A DNA stretch of 64,000 bases from Acidiferrobacteraceae bacterium. Lineage in GTDB: Bacteria > Pseudomonadota > Gammaproteobacteria > HyVt-429. The stretch lies in contig DRJZ01000051.1 in the NCBI GenBank assembly GCA_011052015.1, positions 828-64,827 on the forward strand, read 5' to 3'. Below the pieces are notes generated by a model. It was not told the origin of the DNA. It did not search any database and saw only the letters and a list, made by a program, of their open reading frames with translations. A program made the position numbers and the translations under genes. Shown piece after piece: positions 28,231 to 39,170 of the stretch (position 1 is its first letter; the number at the start of each line of letters is the position of its first letter).

Positions 28231-28361
28231 GGGAAGCTCTGATTAATTCGTCATTCCGGCCGTAGCGAAGCGAAGAGCCGGAATCCAGAGTAGTAAAACC
28301 AATATGTTACTGGATTCCCGCTTTCGCGGGAATGACGGGCAGAAATTAATCAGAGGTTCCC
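28231..28361 (+). mobile_element. MITE-like element copy 4 (same TIRs, different internal hairpin cargo)
   Basis: TA|GGGAAGCTCTGATTAAT...ATTAATCAGAGGTTCCC|TA (16 of 17 positions match as a TIR); interior is two hairpins (CGTCATTCCGGC...GCCGGAATCC and GGATTCCCGCTTTCGCGGGAATGACG). Confidence 0.6.
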
Positions 28362-28587
28362 TAAGTAACACTTCTCTCGTATTGCACTTATTCGCCACGG
28401 AGGACACAGGGTGGTAACACATCTTTCTCTCTGTGACCTCCGTGGTGAAAAATATTGTCCGGGGGACACTGCTATTGGTCGCACTGACAGTGCATTTCAG
28501 AGAAGAGCTAAATTTTTCTATCACCCATTGATACTTAGGGCAAGAAATGCACAAGAATTAAGTCATTATTGCAACTGTTGGGTTAAG

Positions 28588-29319
28588 CTAAGGGTTATCT
28601 TTCTCCAAACGTCTTTTGGCTGATATCGCCACTTGGGTGCCAGGATATTGGTTGACTAAATCCTCCAGAGTCTGACGACCCTCATCAACCCTACCCAATT
28701 CCAATTGACTATAGCCAATCTTGAGTAAGGCATCAGGATATTTTTGGCTATCTGGATACTGCTTAATGAGTTTCTGAAACTCGACCAATGCGGCCTCAAA
28801 TTCCCGTGTAACGTAGTTAGCCTCGGCTATCCAATACTGGGCGTTTGGCGCAAACTGGCTACGTGGATGTTGTTCTAAAAACTCACTAAACGACTTTATT
28901 GAGTCACCGTAACGGCTCTGTTTGAGTAAATTAAAGGCAGCATCATAGGCCTGCTGCGCTTGGTCACCATCACCTGTATCTTCTGTCACCGGCCTCAGAT
29001 CATCTCCCTGAGACCCGAGTCTGGCCTGTTGTTGGCCAACGCCTGTGCTCGCTAAACGTTCCCGCTGTCTCAGGCGACGATCCAGGTCATCGTACAGTTC
29101 ACGTTGGCGTCGCTTAAGCGCATCCATGGCGTTTTGCTGTAGCTCAACCTGGTTACGTAATTGCTTAAGCTCGGCTTGCAAATCCTCGGTCTCCACCAGC
29201 AGGTCCACTGTCCGATTGCCAGTACTGGGGGCGCCCCCAGTACTGGCACAACTTGAAAGTATCAGGGCTGCGCCAGATGCCAGGCCAATGCGCAATAAAA
29301 CCGAATTACTGATCCTCAT
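28588..29319 (-). CDS. cpoB: CpoB/YbgF Tol-Pal-associated TPR protein
   Basis: Signal peptide, coiled-coil, C-terminal TPR repeats; last gene of the tol-pal operon. Confidence 0.75.
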   Translation of the reverse strand: MRISNSVLLRIGLASGAALILSSCASTGGAPSTGNRTVDLLVETEDLQAELKQLRNQVELQQNAMDALKRRQRELYDDLDRRLRQRERLASTGVGQQQARLGSQGDDLRPVTEDTGDGDQAQQAYDAAFNLLKQSRYGDSIKSFSEFLEQHPRSQFAPNAQYWIAEANYVTREFEAALVEFQKLIKQYPDSQKYPDALLKIGYSQLELGRVDEGRQTLEDLVNQYPGTQVAISAKRRLEKDNP

Positions 29320-29818
29320 AGAGTATCTCTACGCGTCTGTTGAGTTGCCATGCCGATTCACTATGGCCCAGAGCAACCGGCCGTTCCTCACCGTAGGAGG
29401 TGGTAGTAATACGGTCTGCGGCAAGCCCGTAGGCCTGCATCAACTTGGCCACTGCCTTGGCCCGCCTCTCACCCAATGCCAGGTTATATTCACGGGTACC
29501 ACGCTCGTCGGCATGGCCTTCGAGGGTCAAGGCAATCCCTGGATGATCAACCAGATAGGCCGCGTGGGCGGAGACAATGGCACGGTTTTGATCGTCCACC
29601 GCCGCTCTATCGAATTCAAAATAGACCCGTCGTTGGGAGGTCCTATCCACCGGCCCACCACCAAACTGTTCTCCCGCAACGCCTTCACCATTCACCGCAG
29701 CACCCGTGCTCACACCACGCTCGTCGACGGAGGCGTTAGATTTTTTATTTTTATTACCGCAACCAGACAAGCCTACTACCAACATTAAGGGTACGAGCAA
29801 TAAGATCTTCTTATTCAT
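29306..29818 (-). CDS. pal: Peptidoglycan-associated lipoprotein Pal
   Basis: Lipobox LSGC; OmpA-like C-domain (VYFEFDRAAV...LEGHADERGTREYNLALGERRA...NRRVEI). Confidence 0.9.
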   Translation of the reverse strand: MNKKILLLVPLMLVVGLSGCGNKNKKSNASVDERGVSTGAAVNGEGVAGEQFGGGPVDRTSQRRVYFEFDRAAVDDQNRAIVSAHAAYLVDHPGIALTLEGHADERGTREYNLALGERRAKAVAKLMQAYGLAADRITTTSYGEERPVALGHSESAWQLNRRVEILYEDQ

Positions 29819-29831
29819 AGTTTACACTCCT

Positions 29832-31178
29832 TCAGAACTTACGATTATACGGAGACCAGGCCGGTTCTCTCACATCCCCTTTCAGGAATCTCAATATTTG
29901 TTTGACCCGTCCGTCCGCCGATACGGCCGCCAGCACCCCACGGCCCCCCTGCTCAGTAGCATAGAGTATCATCCGGCCATTGGGAGCAAAACTAGGAGAT
30001 TCGTCCAGGGTGGCCTCGGTGAGGACATGCATGGCATTTTGCCTCAAATACAGCACTGCGATGCGATAGCGTCCTTTATTTGCGCTGACCAGAGTAATGG
30101 ATTGGCCATCCGCCGCATAGCTGGCCCGGGCATTATATTCGCCCTCAAAGGTGATACGCTGAGGCTTGCCCCCACTCACCGCAATGCGGTAAATCTGCGG
30201 CTTTCCGCTACGATCAGAGGTGAACACGATATGACGGCCATTGGGCGACCATGCCGGTTCAGTGTCGATGGCATGGTGGTGAGTCAGGCGGCGTAGTTGG
30301 CGGCTGCGTGGCGACAAGATATAGATTTCCGGATTGCCGTCCCGAGATAGCACCAGGGCCAGACGCTTACCGTCCGGGGACCAGGCCGGCGCGCTATTGA
30401 GGCCACGAAAGTCCGCCAGGCGTTCGCGGCTACCATCGGCCAAAGTTTGCACATAGACCATCGACCGCCGTTTCTCAAAAGAGACATAGGCCAGACGCTT
30501 ACCGTCCGGGGACCAGGCCGGTGACATAATGGGCTCTCCGGAATCCAGCACCGTTACCGGTTCATGGCCGTCGGCATCGGCGACCTGCAATAAAAACCGT
30601 CTTTGGCCACTGTCACTTTGCTCCACCGTCACATAGGCGATGCGGGTATCGAAGGCCCCGGGTTCACCGGTCAGTTTTTCGTATATAATATCGCTTATCT
30701 GATGGGCCACCTTGCGCATTTGCTTGGCCTTGACCACGTAGCGATAGCCTGCCAACTGTTTGCCTTTAAAAACATCAAACAATTGAAACTGCACTTGATA
30801 GCGGTTACTGCCGACACGTTGCACTTTGCCCACGGCAAGCGCCTCGGCCTTGATAAGGCGCCAATCCTTAAACTTCACCCCCGCCTGATCATGGGGTCGT
30901 GATAGAAAATCATCCTTATCGATACTCTCGAATCGACCGCTACGCACAAGATCGTCGCCAATAATCTTGGCCAAGTCCTGTGATGGCTTGCCCTCACCCT
31001 GCCAGGCAAAGGGTACAATGGCAATCGGTACGCCAGCCTCAACACCCTTGGTGATCTCAATCTTCAGAATCGCCATTGTCTGGCAGACCCACAACTGCAA
31101 ACCTATCCCCAATAACGTTGTTGTGATTAACTTTCTCATGTGTCTGTACTTCCTACCCTTTTTGCGGATCAAATTCAA
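29832..31178 (-). CDS. tolB: TolB
   Basis: Repeated PAWSPDG beta-propeller blades ([39 protein letters not shown]). Confidence 0.9.
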   Translation of the reverse strand: MNLIRKKGRKYRHMRKLITTTLLGIGLQLWVCQTMAILKIEITKGVEAGVPIAIVPFAWQGEGKPSQDLAKIIGDDLVRSGRFESIDKDDFLSRPHDQAGVKFKDWRLIKAEALAVGKVQRVGSNRYQVQFQLFDVFKGKQLAGYRYVVKAKQMRKVAHQISDIIYEKLTGEPGAFDTRIAYVTVEQSDSGQRRFLLQVADADGHEPVTVLDSGEPIMSPAWSPDGKRLAYVSFEKRRSMVYVQTLADGSRERLADFRGLNSAPAWSPDGKRLALVLSRDGNPEIYILSPRSRQLRRLTHHHAIDTEPAWSPNGRHIVFTSDRSGKPQIYRIAVSGGKPQRITFEGEYNARASYAADGQSITLVSANKGRYRIAVLYLRQNAMHVLTEATLDESPSFAPNGRMILYATEQGGRGVLAAVSADGRVKQILRFLKGDVREPAWSPYNRKF

Positions 31179-32001
31179 AATCGATTACACTAAAAAACTC
31201 GGCCAGTTCCGGGTTACTGGGCAACGGCAAGGGTGTAGCCTTTTTTACCGCGTTCTCTACAGACCGGTCAAATATGGCATTGCCGCTTGATTGCACCACC
31301 CGCACTGTTAGCACCTCTCCACTTGGGGTAAGCCTCACACGCAAAACGGCCTTGAGCCCTGTCTTCGCACCGGGTGGCCGTATCCAGAATCGTTCCACCC
31401 GCTGTCTAATGAGCGGTTCATATCTATTCAGTTCACCCTGAGCCTGTCGCTGCAGTTGCTCTTTTCGTAAGAGTGCCTGCAGGGCCTTCTCAGCTTGCCT
31501 GCGCTTACGCTGCGCGGTCAACTTATTTGCATGTGCCTTGCGTTTTTTCTCTATCTGTTCCCTTTTTTTCTTCTTTGTTAGTTTTTTCTTCTTTCTCTCA
31601 GCCGGTTTTCTGGCCTCCAGAGTCTTTCTCTTTTTCTCCAATGCCTTTTTCTTTTTATCTAGCGCTTGTTTTTTCTTTAGCTCAACAAGACGCCTTGCTT
31701 TAGCCTTACGTTTTTTTTCTGCCTTTTTTTCTGCCAGGGCGGCTTGCCTAACCAGTTCCTTCAATCGTGCCTTTTCTTTTTTCGCGGCACTTTTCCTGGC
31801 AGCCTCCTTTTTCTTGATGCGATCAAGCTCTTTTTGGACCTTTCCCTCGTCTACGAGGGTGGCTTGCACTACCTTCTTATCATCTATCTGATGGTTATTG
31901 CTGGGGATAAGTTGCCAATCAAAGCTAATCCCCAAAACTAACAACACCAGGACATGCACCAATATGGCATATATAAACGCCCTGCCGTAACCTTCGCTCA
32001 C
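31153..32001 (-). CDS. tolA: TolA
   Basis: N-terminal TM helix, long Lys/Ala/Glu-rich low-complexity helical region, C-terminal TolA domain; positioned between tolR and tolB. Confidence 0.75.
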   Translation of the reverse strand: MSEGYGRAFIYAILVHVLVLLVLGISFDWQLIPSNNHQIDDKKVVQATLVDEGKVQKELDRIKKKEAARKSAAKKEKARLKELVRQAALAEKKAEKKRKAKARRLVELKKKQALDKKKKALEKKRKTLEARKPAERKKKKLTKKKKREQIEKKRKAHANKLTAQRKRRQAEKALQALLRKEQLQRQAQGELNRYEPLIRQRVERFWIRPPGAKTGLKAVLRVRLTPSGEVLTVRVVQSSGNAIFDRSVENAVKKATPLPLPSNPELAEFFSVIDFEFDPQKG

Positions 32002-32009
32002 CTGTCGTG

Positions 32010-32423
32010 CTACTTTTCTGGGGGCTCGGTTACCAAGCCGACACTTTTTACCCCTGCCTGTTGCAGAATCACCATGGCCTTGATCACCGCCTCATAGACG
32101 ACCGCCTTGTCACCTCGCACCATGAATTCGGTCTCCTGCCTACGTCTTTTTACAGCGGCCACCTTCACGCCCAGATCACCTGGTACGGTGGCTTGGGTGT
32201 CGTCATTAACGAAATAGTTACCCTGTTTGTCAACAGTAACCACAAAGGGTTCCGAATCCTGCGTAGGTACTGGGTCACTCACCGCCTGTACCATATTCAC
32301 CTTAACGCCCTGGGTCAGTAGTGGCGCGGTAACCATAAAAATAATCATCAGAACCAGCATGACATCAATATAGGGCACTACATTAATCTCACTCATAAGA
32401 CGCTTTTTACGCCGATGATACAT
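32010..32423 (-). CDS. tolR: TolR
   Basis: ExbD/TolR family: EINVVPYIDVMLVLMIIFMVTAP. Confidence 0.85.
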   Translation of the reverse strand: MYHRRKKRLMSEINVVPYIDVMLVLMIIFMVTAPLLTQGVKVNMVQAVSDPVPTQDSEPFVVTVDKQGNYFVNDDTQATVPGDLGVKVAAVKRRRQETEFMVRGDKAVVYEAVIKAMVILQQAGVKSVGLVTEPPEK

Positions 32424-33135
32424 GGGCTTGTTCTTTTTTTACGATGACTTGACGGTTGACGATACTGAGAAACTCTTCCATAAATATGGCATAGCGGCTT
32501 TCCAGCCGTTCCACATGGCTGGAGAAACGATTGTATGTGATCACCGCAGGTATGGCGGCAAATAATCCCATGGCGGTAGCAATGAGGGCCTCGGCAATAC
32601 CCGGCGCCACACTCGAAATGGTGGCCTGATGCAAGGTACCCAGGGAACGAAATGAATTCATGATGCCCCATACGGTACCAAATAAACCCACGTAAGGGCT
32701 GGTGGAGCCCACAGAAGCCAAAAACGGCAGATGGGTCTCCAGTTCATCCAACTCGCGGCTCAGGGCCACGCGCATGGCGCGTTGCACGCCTTCAACAATG
32801 TCGGCGCGATCGATCCCTGATTTCTGGTTGAGACGGGTGTACTCACGGTAGCCTGATACGAAGATGCTGGCCATGCCGGTAGGCGCCTTAGGTCTTTTTG
32901 ACCAATCTGAATAGAGCTGGGCCATATCCCCACCTGACCAGAAGCTGTCCTCAAACCGAGTAGCGTTAGACCGGGCAAGACGCAGACTGAACCACTTTTG
33001 AAAAATCATGGTCCAGGACAGGATTGATGCAACCAATAACAACAGCATGACCAATTGGACCACTAAGCTGGCTTGGGTGACCATGCTGATCAAGGACAGG
33101 CTATGCTCAGAGGCAGTGAGGGTCAATTTTTCCAT
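32407..33135 (-). CDS. tolQ: TolQ
   Basis: MotA/TolQ/ExbB family: three TM helices, [10 protein letters not shown] motif. Confidence 0.85.
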   Translation of the reverse strand: MEKLTLTASEHSLSLISMVTQASLVVQLVMLLLLVASILSWTMIFQKWFSLRLARSNATRFEDSFWSGGDMAQLYSDWSKRPKAPTGMASIFVSGYREYTRLNQKSGIDRADIVEGVQRAMRVALSRELDELETHLPFLASVGSTSPYVGLFGTVWGIMNSFRSLGTLHQATISSVAPGIAEALIATAMGLFAAIPAVITYNRFSSHVERLESRYAIFMEEFLSIVNRQVIVKKEQAHVSSA

Positions 33136-34181
33136 GTCTCACCAAAAATGGATCGTTGTGGTTGTTTTAGGTCGGCGGGTGGCTGTAGCCCGAGGTGAAT
33201 CCAGGCCCGCGCCGTGGCGATGCGCCCCCGGGGGCTACGCATAAGAAAGCCCTGTTGTATCAGAAAAGGCTCAATCACATCCTCAATGGTGCCCCGCTCC
33301 TCACCGATGGCAGCGGCCACATTGTCCAGGCCCACCGGGCCGCCGGCAAACTTTTTGATCACCGCAGAAAGTAGCTTGCGGTCAAGCACATCAAAACCCT
33401 CCTCATCCACTTCCAGCATGGCCAGTGCATCTATCGATAGCTCATCCGTCAGCCGACCTGTGCCTTTCACCTCGGCATAGTCCCTGACCCGGCGCAACAA
33501 CCGATTGGCAATACGCGGCGTCCCTCTGGAGCGACGTGCAATAGCCTCTATGCTGGTATCGTCTGCCTCCACACCCAGAATTTGGGCCGAACGGGACACA
33601 ATTTGGGTTAACTGCTCGGGGCTGTAAAACTCCAGGCGCTGAACGATACCAAATCTATCACGCAACGGTGAGGTCAATAAACCGGCCCGTGTGGTTGCCC
33701 CCACCAGGGTAAACGGGGGCAAGTCGATCTTGATGGATCGGGCCGCCGGTCCCTCCCCGATCAGGATGTCGATCTGAAAGTCCTCCAGGGCAGGATAGAG
33801 GATCTCCTCCACCACCGGGCTGAGACGGTGAATCTCATCCACGAAAAGCACGTCACGGGGTTCCAGATTGGTCAGCAGGGCTGCCAGATCTCCGGGACGC
33901 TCCAGCACCGGCCCAGAGGTCTGGCGCAGGCCGACACCCATTTCGTGGGCAACGATATGCGCCAAGGTGGTCTTGCCCAATCCGGGGGGGCCAAAGAACA
34001 GCACATGGTCGAGGGCCTCGCCACGATTCCTGGCGGCGCTGATAAAGATCTCCATTTGTCGGTGCAGTGATTCCTGGCCAACAAAATCTTTTAGTCGCTG
34101 GGGTCGCAACCCAGGATCGGCGACTTGGTCATCACCCTCGTGCGTCGGCGCCGGTGAGACCAATCGATCATTCTCAATCAT
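33123..34181 (-). CDS. ruvB: Holliday-junction helicase RuvB
   Basis: AAA+ Walker [18 protein letters not shown], RuvB C-terminal winged helix. Confidence 0.95.
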   Translation of the reverse strand: MIENDRLVSPAPTHEGDDQVADPGLRPQRLKDFVGQESLHRQMEIFISAARNRGEALDHVLFFGPPGLGKTTLAHIVAHEMGVGLRQTSGPVLERPGDLAALLTNLEPRDVLFVDEIHRLSPVVEEILYPALEDFQIDILIGEGPAARSIKIDLPPFTLVGATTRAGLLTSPLRDRFGIVQRLEFYSPEQLTQIVSRSAQILGVEADDTSIEAIARRSRGTPRIANRLLRRVRDYAEVKGTGRLTDELSIDALAMLEVDEEGFDVLDRKLLSAVIKKFAGGPVGLDNVAAAIGEERGTIEDVIEPFLIQQGFLMRSPRGRIATARAWIHLGLQPPADLKQPQRSIFGETWKN

Positions 34182-34777
34182 GATGCCCGCACCATACCTT
34201 TAAGGGCTTGCCGGATGATTTCTTCGCTGGTGCCCTCTTTCGCGTCCGCAGCACGCACCGCGCGGGACGCTTCCTGAGGTTTATAGCCCAATGCGATCAA
34301 GGCGCGCACCGCCTCCGCCGCCGGATCGAGTGTAGCGGCGGACTGCCCCGCCACACTCACCCCTTCTGAAGATTGCGGCAATACCCGGTCACGCATCTCA
34401 ACAATGAGACGTTCAGCGGTCTTACGCCCAATCCCAGGGACCTGAGTGAGACGGGCCACATCTTCGTTGGTCACGCAGGCGGCAAATTCTTCCGTGCTGA
34501 GTCCGGACAAGATAGCCAAGGCCACTCGCGGCCCAATACCATTGACGCGCAACAAACTCCTGAACAGTTCCCGTTGCGGACGACGACTGAAACCATAGAG
34601 CAAGTGGGCATCATCGCGCACTACCAGGTGCGTGTGTAGAGTGACCTGACTACCGCTATCGGGCAGATCATAGAAAGTCGTCATCGGGGCCTCAAGCTCA
34701 TAACCCACACCACTGACTTCTAACATCAATAATGGTGGTTGCTTGACTAACAATGTACCTCGTAATTGACCGATCAT
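34178..34777 (-). CDS. ruvA: RuvA
   Basis: MIGQLRGTL...GVGYEL N-terminus, HhH motifs ([12 protein letters not shown]); stop overlaps ruvB. Confidence 0.9.
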   Translation of the reverse strand: MIGQLRGTLLVKQPPLLMLEVSGVGYELEAPMTTFYDLPDSGSQVTLHTHLVVRDDAHLLYGFSRRPQRELFRSLLRVNGIGPRVALAILSGLSTEEFAACVTNEDVARLTQVPGIGRKTAERLIVEMRDRVLPQSSEGVSVAGQSAATLDPAAEAVRALIALGYKPQEASRAVRAADAKEGTSEEIIRQALKGMVRAS

Positions 34778-35292
34778 GATCGGACCACCTTGAGCGCCCT
34801 GGCCGCTTGGTCAAGGCGCTGGGCGCCACCCTGGGTACTATGGATATAGCATATGGCACAGGCCAATGCATCGGCAGCATCTTCCTGGGGGGGGGCTGCG
34901 AGTTTTAATAATATTTGCACCATATGTTGCACCTGCTCCTTGGCGGCATGGCCCCTGCCTACCACCGCCTGCTTGATCTGCAAGGCTGTGTACTCTGATA
35001 CCGGCAGACCCTGATTCACCCCGGCGCAGATCGCTGCGCCACGTGCATGGCCTAAAATCAAAGCAGATTGTGCATTGCGTGCAATAAACACCTTTTCCAC
35101 TACAATGATATCCGGCTGGTGGGTTTCAATGACCTCATACACACCGTCATAGATTACTTTGAGTCGTTGGGGTAATACGTCTGTAGGGGCCTTGACCACA
35201 CCACTGGCCACATAGGCGAGATTCCCAGCTGATATATCGACCACACCAAATCCAGTCAATCTTGAACCAGGATCTATACCCAGTACCCGCAT
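34774..35292 (-). CDS. ruvC: RuvC resolvase
   Basis: [18 protein letters not shown]-terminus, RNase-H fold; 172 aa. Confidence 0.9.
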   Translation of the reverse strand: MRVLGIDPGSRLTGFGVVDISAGNLAYVASGVVKAPTDVLPQRLKVIYDGVYEVIETHQPDIIVVEKVFIARNAQSALILGHARGAAICAGVNQGLPVSEYTALQIKQAVVGRGHAAKEQVQHMVQILLKLAAPPQEDAADALACAICYIHSTQGGAQRLDQAARALKVVRS

Positions 35293-35319
35293 TATTCGCT
35301 TCGTAGTTCCACAGTCACA

Positions 35320-36072
35320 TCAACCTGCCTCTAATTGGGCCACTACCTCATCGGGGATGTCGGCATTGGTATAGACCTCCTGGACGTCATCCAGCTCCTC
35401 CAGAGCATCAACCATTTTAAGCATACGTTCCGCGTCAGCACCCGTTAAAGCCGCATCGGTACTGGCACGCATGGTGATTTCGGCAAGTTCGGGTTTTAGG
35501 CCCTGTTGCGCTAACGCATCGTAAACGGATTGGAATTGTTCGGGTGGTGTGGTGACTTCAATGCCACTGTCCTCGTCACTGACCACGTCATCGGCGCCCA
35601 CATTGACCGCGATCTCCATAATCTGTTCCTCGTCACTCCCCTGGGGAAAGGTGAGTAGTCCAATTTTATTAAACAAATAGGCCACCGATCCATCGGTACC
35701 AAGATTACCACCATGTTTGGTAAAGGCGTGTCGTACTTCGCTCACGGTGCGGTTGCGATTATCGGTGGCACACTCCACCAGCACCGCTGCACCGCCCGGG
35801 CCATAACCCTCGTAGCGGGCATCTTCATAACTGACCCCTTCAAGCTCACCGGTGCCCCGCTTGATGGCGCGGTCCACATTATCCTTGTTCATGTTTTGAC
35901 CTAGGGCCTTGTCCACTGCGGCACGCAGACGCGGGTTGCCCTCAGGATCACCCCCCCCCATGCGGGCGGCTACGGTGATCTCACGGATCAGCTTGGTAAA
36001 TACCTTGCCCCGTTTGGCGTCTTTGGCCGCCTTGCGAAAACGAATGTTGGCCCACTTGCTGTGTCCTGCCAT
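35320..36072 (-). CDS. yebC: YebC/PmpR-family transcriptional regulator
   Basis: [10 protein letters not shown]...[11 protein letters not shown] signature; 250 aa. Confidence 0.9.
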   Translation of the reverse strand: MAGHSKWANIRFRKAAKDAKRGKVFTKLIREITVAARMGGGDPEGNPRLRAAVDKALGQNMNKDNVDRAIKRGTGELEGVSYEDARYEGYGPGGAAVLVECATDNRNRTVSEVRHAFTKHGGNLGTDGSVAYLFNKIGLLTFPQGSDEEQIMEIAVNVGADDVVSDEDSGIEVTTPPEQFQSVYDALAQQGLKPELAEITMRASTDAALTGADAERMLKMVDALEELDDVQEVYTNADIPDEVVAQLEAG

Positions 36073-36185
36073 GAGAGTCCCGTTTACTTATTGATTTATA
36101 TAGCTAAGTTCTGCCCATCCCAACTCTTTGATGGCACTCAGAGTGTACCATTGTCATCCGGTGCCCCCAAGCCGCATCGGGGACG

Positions 36186-37964
36186 TTAAACTTCCCTTAT
36201 GGGCTTACGTAGTTTGATATTGAGTTCGCGCAATGGGGCATCGTCCACCACACCCGGCGCCTCGGTCATCAGGCAAGAGGCCTTCTGGGTCTTGGGAAAT
36301 GCAATCACATCCCGTATCGAATCCGCGCCGGTCATCATCGCGGCAATTCGATCCAGACCAAATGCAATACCGCCGTGAGGAGGTGCGCCATATTTCAGGG
36401 CATCTAACAAAAAACCAAACTTCTGCCGTGCCTCTTCGGCATCAATACCCAGAATTGTGAACACCTTCTGTTGTATCTCGGGCTGATGAATACGGATTGA
36501 TCCACCACCGATCTCGCTGCCATTGAGCACAATATCATAGGCACGGGAAAGGGTGCCTACCGGATCGGAATTCAATTTATCCACACTCGAATCGGCAGGG
36601 GCAGTAAAGGGATGGTGCAGTGCCTGTAGACGTTTGGCGTTTTCGTCATACTCAAACATGGGGAAATCAACTACCCACACCGGGAACCACCCCTCCTTAA
36701 GCAAGCCGAGATCTGCGGCCAGGCGGTCACGGAGCGCACCTAAGACATCATTGACGATCCGGGCCTTGTCTGCCCCGAAGAACACCAGGTCACCATCTTC
36801 TGCGCCACAACGTTCCATGATCGATCCGATGACGTCATCGGGCAGAAACTTGAGGATAGGCGATTGCAATCCCTCTCGACCCTTGGCCACTTCGTTGACC
36901 TTAATGTAGGCAAGACCCTTGGCGCCATATTGGCCGACAAAATCAGTATAGCCATCAATGACCTGACGGCTAAGCACGCTGCCCTGAGGCACCCGTAGGG
37001 CCGCCACCCGTCCGCCAGGGTTATTGGCCGGACCAGCAAATACCTTGAATTCCACCGCCGCCATCAGGTCGCCCACATCTACCAATTCCAGCGGGTTACG
37101 CAGATCGGGCCGGTCACTTCCGTAACGGCAAATGGCCTCTTGATAACTCATGCGTGGAAAAGGGTCAGGGAGTGTCACCTCCAGAACGTTCTTGAAAACG
37201 TCCCGCAACATGCTCTCCATCAAAGAGATCACATCTTCCTCGTTGACAAAACTCATTTCCACATCAAGCTGGGTAAACTCCGGCTGCCGATCGGCCCTCA
37301 AATCTTCATCCCGGAAGCAACGCGCAATCTGAAAATACCTTTCGAACCCCGCCACCATAAGCAGTTGCTTGAATAACTGGGGCGACTGGGGCAAAGCGAA
37401 AAAATATCCGGGATGGGTACGGCTGGGCACAAGATAATCTCGCGCACCTTCCGGTGTCGACTTCGTCAGGATCGGGGTCTCAATCTCTACAAATTCCAAA
37501 TCTTCAAGAAAGCGGCGCAGATTGCGAGTCATGGCGTGACGCAAACGCAGGTTTTTTTGCATTTTATCCCGGCGCAGATCGAGATAGCGGTAGCGTAGCC
37601 GAACCTCCTCTCCCACATCGTCCTCGTCCAATTGAAACGGTAGCGCCTCGGAACGGTTCAGAACCTTTAAGCCCTGAGCTAACACCTCGACTTCGCCGCT
37701 GGGCAAATTGGCATTGATGGTCCCCTCGGGACGGTGTCTGACTTTTCCGCTGATCTGAAGTACATACTCGCTACGCAGGTGCTCGGCAACAGTAAAGATG
37801 GTCGCGTCATCCGGATCAAACACCACTTGAACCAGCCCATGCCGGTCACGCAAGTCTACAAAAATGACACCACCATGGTCCCGCCTGCGATGGACCCAAC
37901 CACAAAGCTCCACCATTTGGTCAATATGGCTGGCATTTAACTGCCCGCAATATAAACTGCGCAT
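36186..37964 (-). CDS. aspS: Aspartyl-tRNA synthetase
   Basis: Class II aaRS motifs ([30 protein letters not shown]); 592 aa. Confidence 0.95.
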   Translation of the reverse strand: MRSLYCGQLNASHIDQMVELCGWVHRRRDHGGVIFVDLRDRHGLVQVVFDPDDATIFTVAEHLRSEYVLQISGKVRHRPEGTINANLPSGEVEVLAQGLKVLNRSEALPFQLDEDDVGEEVRLRYRYLDLRRDKMQKNLRLRHAMTRNLRRFLEDLEFVEIETPILTKSTPEGARDYLVPSRTHPGYFFALPQSPQLFKQLLMVAGFERYFQIARCFRDEDLRADRQPEFTQLDVEMSFVNEEDVISLMESMLRDVFKNVLEVTLPDPFPRMSYQEAICRYGSDRPDLRNPLELVDVGDLMAAVEFKVFAGPANNPGGRVAALRVPQGSVLSRQVIDGYTDFVGQYGAKGLAYIKVNEVAKGREGLQSPILKFLPDDVIGSIMERCGAEDGDLVFFGADKARIVNDVLGALRDRLAADLGLLKEGWFPVWVVDFPMFEYDENAKRLQALHHPFTAPADSSVDKLNSDPVGTLSRAYDIVLNGSEIGGGSIRIHQPEIQQKVFTILGIDAEEARQKFGFLLDALKYGAPPHGGIAFGLDRIAAMMTGADSIRDVIAFPKTQKASCLMTEAPGVVDDAPLRELNIKLRKPIREV

Positions 37965-37969
37965 GATAT

Positions 37970-38602
37970 TTATTTCCTCTTTTTGGCCGTTTTACCGGCA
38001 ACTCCATCGGGCACAACAACACCGGCAGACATGATAAGTTTTAATCCAGCATCAATACTTAAGTTAACATCAATCACATCGTCGAGTGGCACCATAAGGA
38101 AATACCCTGAGGTGGGATTGGGTGTGGTAGGGACAAACAAATTCACCAGTTTACTCCCGACCTTGTTTTCAACATCTGTCACCCCGGTACCGGTAACAAA
38201 GGCCAGGGTCCACATGTCCCGGCGAGGGTATTCCACCAGGACCACTCTACGAAACGACTGGCCCGAGCTGGAAAACAAGGTTTCCAATACCTGCTTGACC
38301 GCAGAATAGATAGACCGCACCAGGGGAATGCGCGCCAACAGATCTTCACCGATGCGTACCAGTTGGCGGCCAAAGAGATTGGCGGCCACCATTCCCGTAA
38401 TAAGCACTACCAACACGGTCAGCACCACGCCCAAACCAGGGATCTTGAACCCCAACAAATTCTCCGGCCGGTAGGCCATGGGCAACAACACCAGGCTACG
38501 ATCCATCAAATCCACCAGGAATTTGACAATCAAGACCGTGACCCCCAGGGGCACCCAGACCAGCAGCCCGGCGAAAAAATAGCGTCTTAGAGATAACATC
38601 AT
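37970..38602 (-). CDS. DUF502-family membrane protein
   Basis: Two N-terminal TM helices then the conserved DUF502 region ([19 protein letters not shown]...VVLVEYPR). Confidence 0.6.
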   Translation of the reverse strand: MMLSLRRYFFAGLLVWVPLGVTVLIVKFLVDLMDRSLVLLPMAYRPENLLGFKIPGLGVVLTVLVVLITGMVAANLFGRQLVRIGEDLLARIPLVRSIYSAVKQVLETLFSSSGQSFRRVVLVEYPRRDMWTLAFVTGTGVTDVENKVGSKLVNLFVPTTPNPTSGYFLMVPLDDVIDVNLSIDAGLKLIMSAGVVVPDGVAGKTAKKRK

Positions 38603-38877
38603 GATTTTGATGGGGTGGAACTACCACCCTTTGTTGATGGGGTGGAAGTGCTGTTCTTTGTCTCGGTGGGTTTAGCCGATTTAGGTTTACTGCCGCTATT
38701 TTTGAAGTCAGTCTCGTACCAACCAGAACCCTTTAGCCTGAACCCAGCAACGGACAACAGCTTTTTCAACTTCGCCTCACCACATTCTGGACAATCCATC
38801 TTGGGTGGCTCATTCATCTTCTGAATGACCTCAAGTCGGTGTCCACAAGCATCACACTCGTACTCGTAGATCGGCAT
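38599..38877 (-). CDS. FmdB-family zinc-ribbon protein
   Basis: [17 protein letters not shown]...CPECG zinc ribbon with Ser/Thr/Lys-rich tail. Confidence 0.6.
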   Translation of the reverse strand: MPIYEYECDACGHRLEVIQKMNEPPKMDCPECGEAKLKKLLSVAGFRLKGSGWYETDFKNSGSKPKSAKPTETKNSTSTPSTKGGSSTPSKS

Positions 38878-39170
38878 ACATACCTCCTGCTTATAACATA
38901 AGCTGATCAGCGGATCCTAAGCTGGCTCAGACTGAATAATGGCTTGAACTAAAAGTGGGACTCCACTTCATATTTTTCGACTGCTTAGCTGCCCGCTGAC
39001 CGTAAATAGATCAGAATGCCAACTCCACCACGGCAATGCCGTGAGCAGAGGAGACCCACCAGGAAGCTATCTTCCACTAACCCACGGCCGGTGAGAATGG
39101 CTCCGCAGATGGCGAACCGACCGGCGATTATAGTCGTTGCGCGACCACAACACACCTATTCCTAAGGGGG

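Noticed and set aside
28300-28345. ATTCCC-N8-GGGAAT palindrome reminiscent of neisserial dRS3 repeats
   Set aside because: Single occurrence embedded in the MITE interior; similarity to dRS3 is limited to a generic short palindrome.
28243-28554. 103-aa minus-strand ORF between queE and cpoB
   Set aside because: It spans the MITE copy 4 and REP-like unit; no coding signal.
29045-29788. 247-aa + strand ORF
   Set aside because: Antisense to cpoB and pal, both of which have unambiguous family signatures.
31473-31891. Several + strand ORFs (76-117 aa) rich in F/S/L inside tolA
   Set aside because: These are antisense readings of the Lys/Ala/Glu-rich low-complexity TolA helix region, which gives long open frames on the opposite strand.
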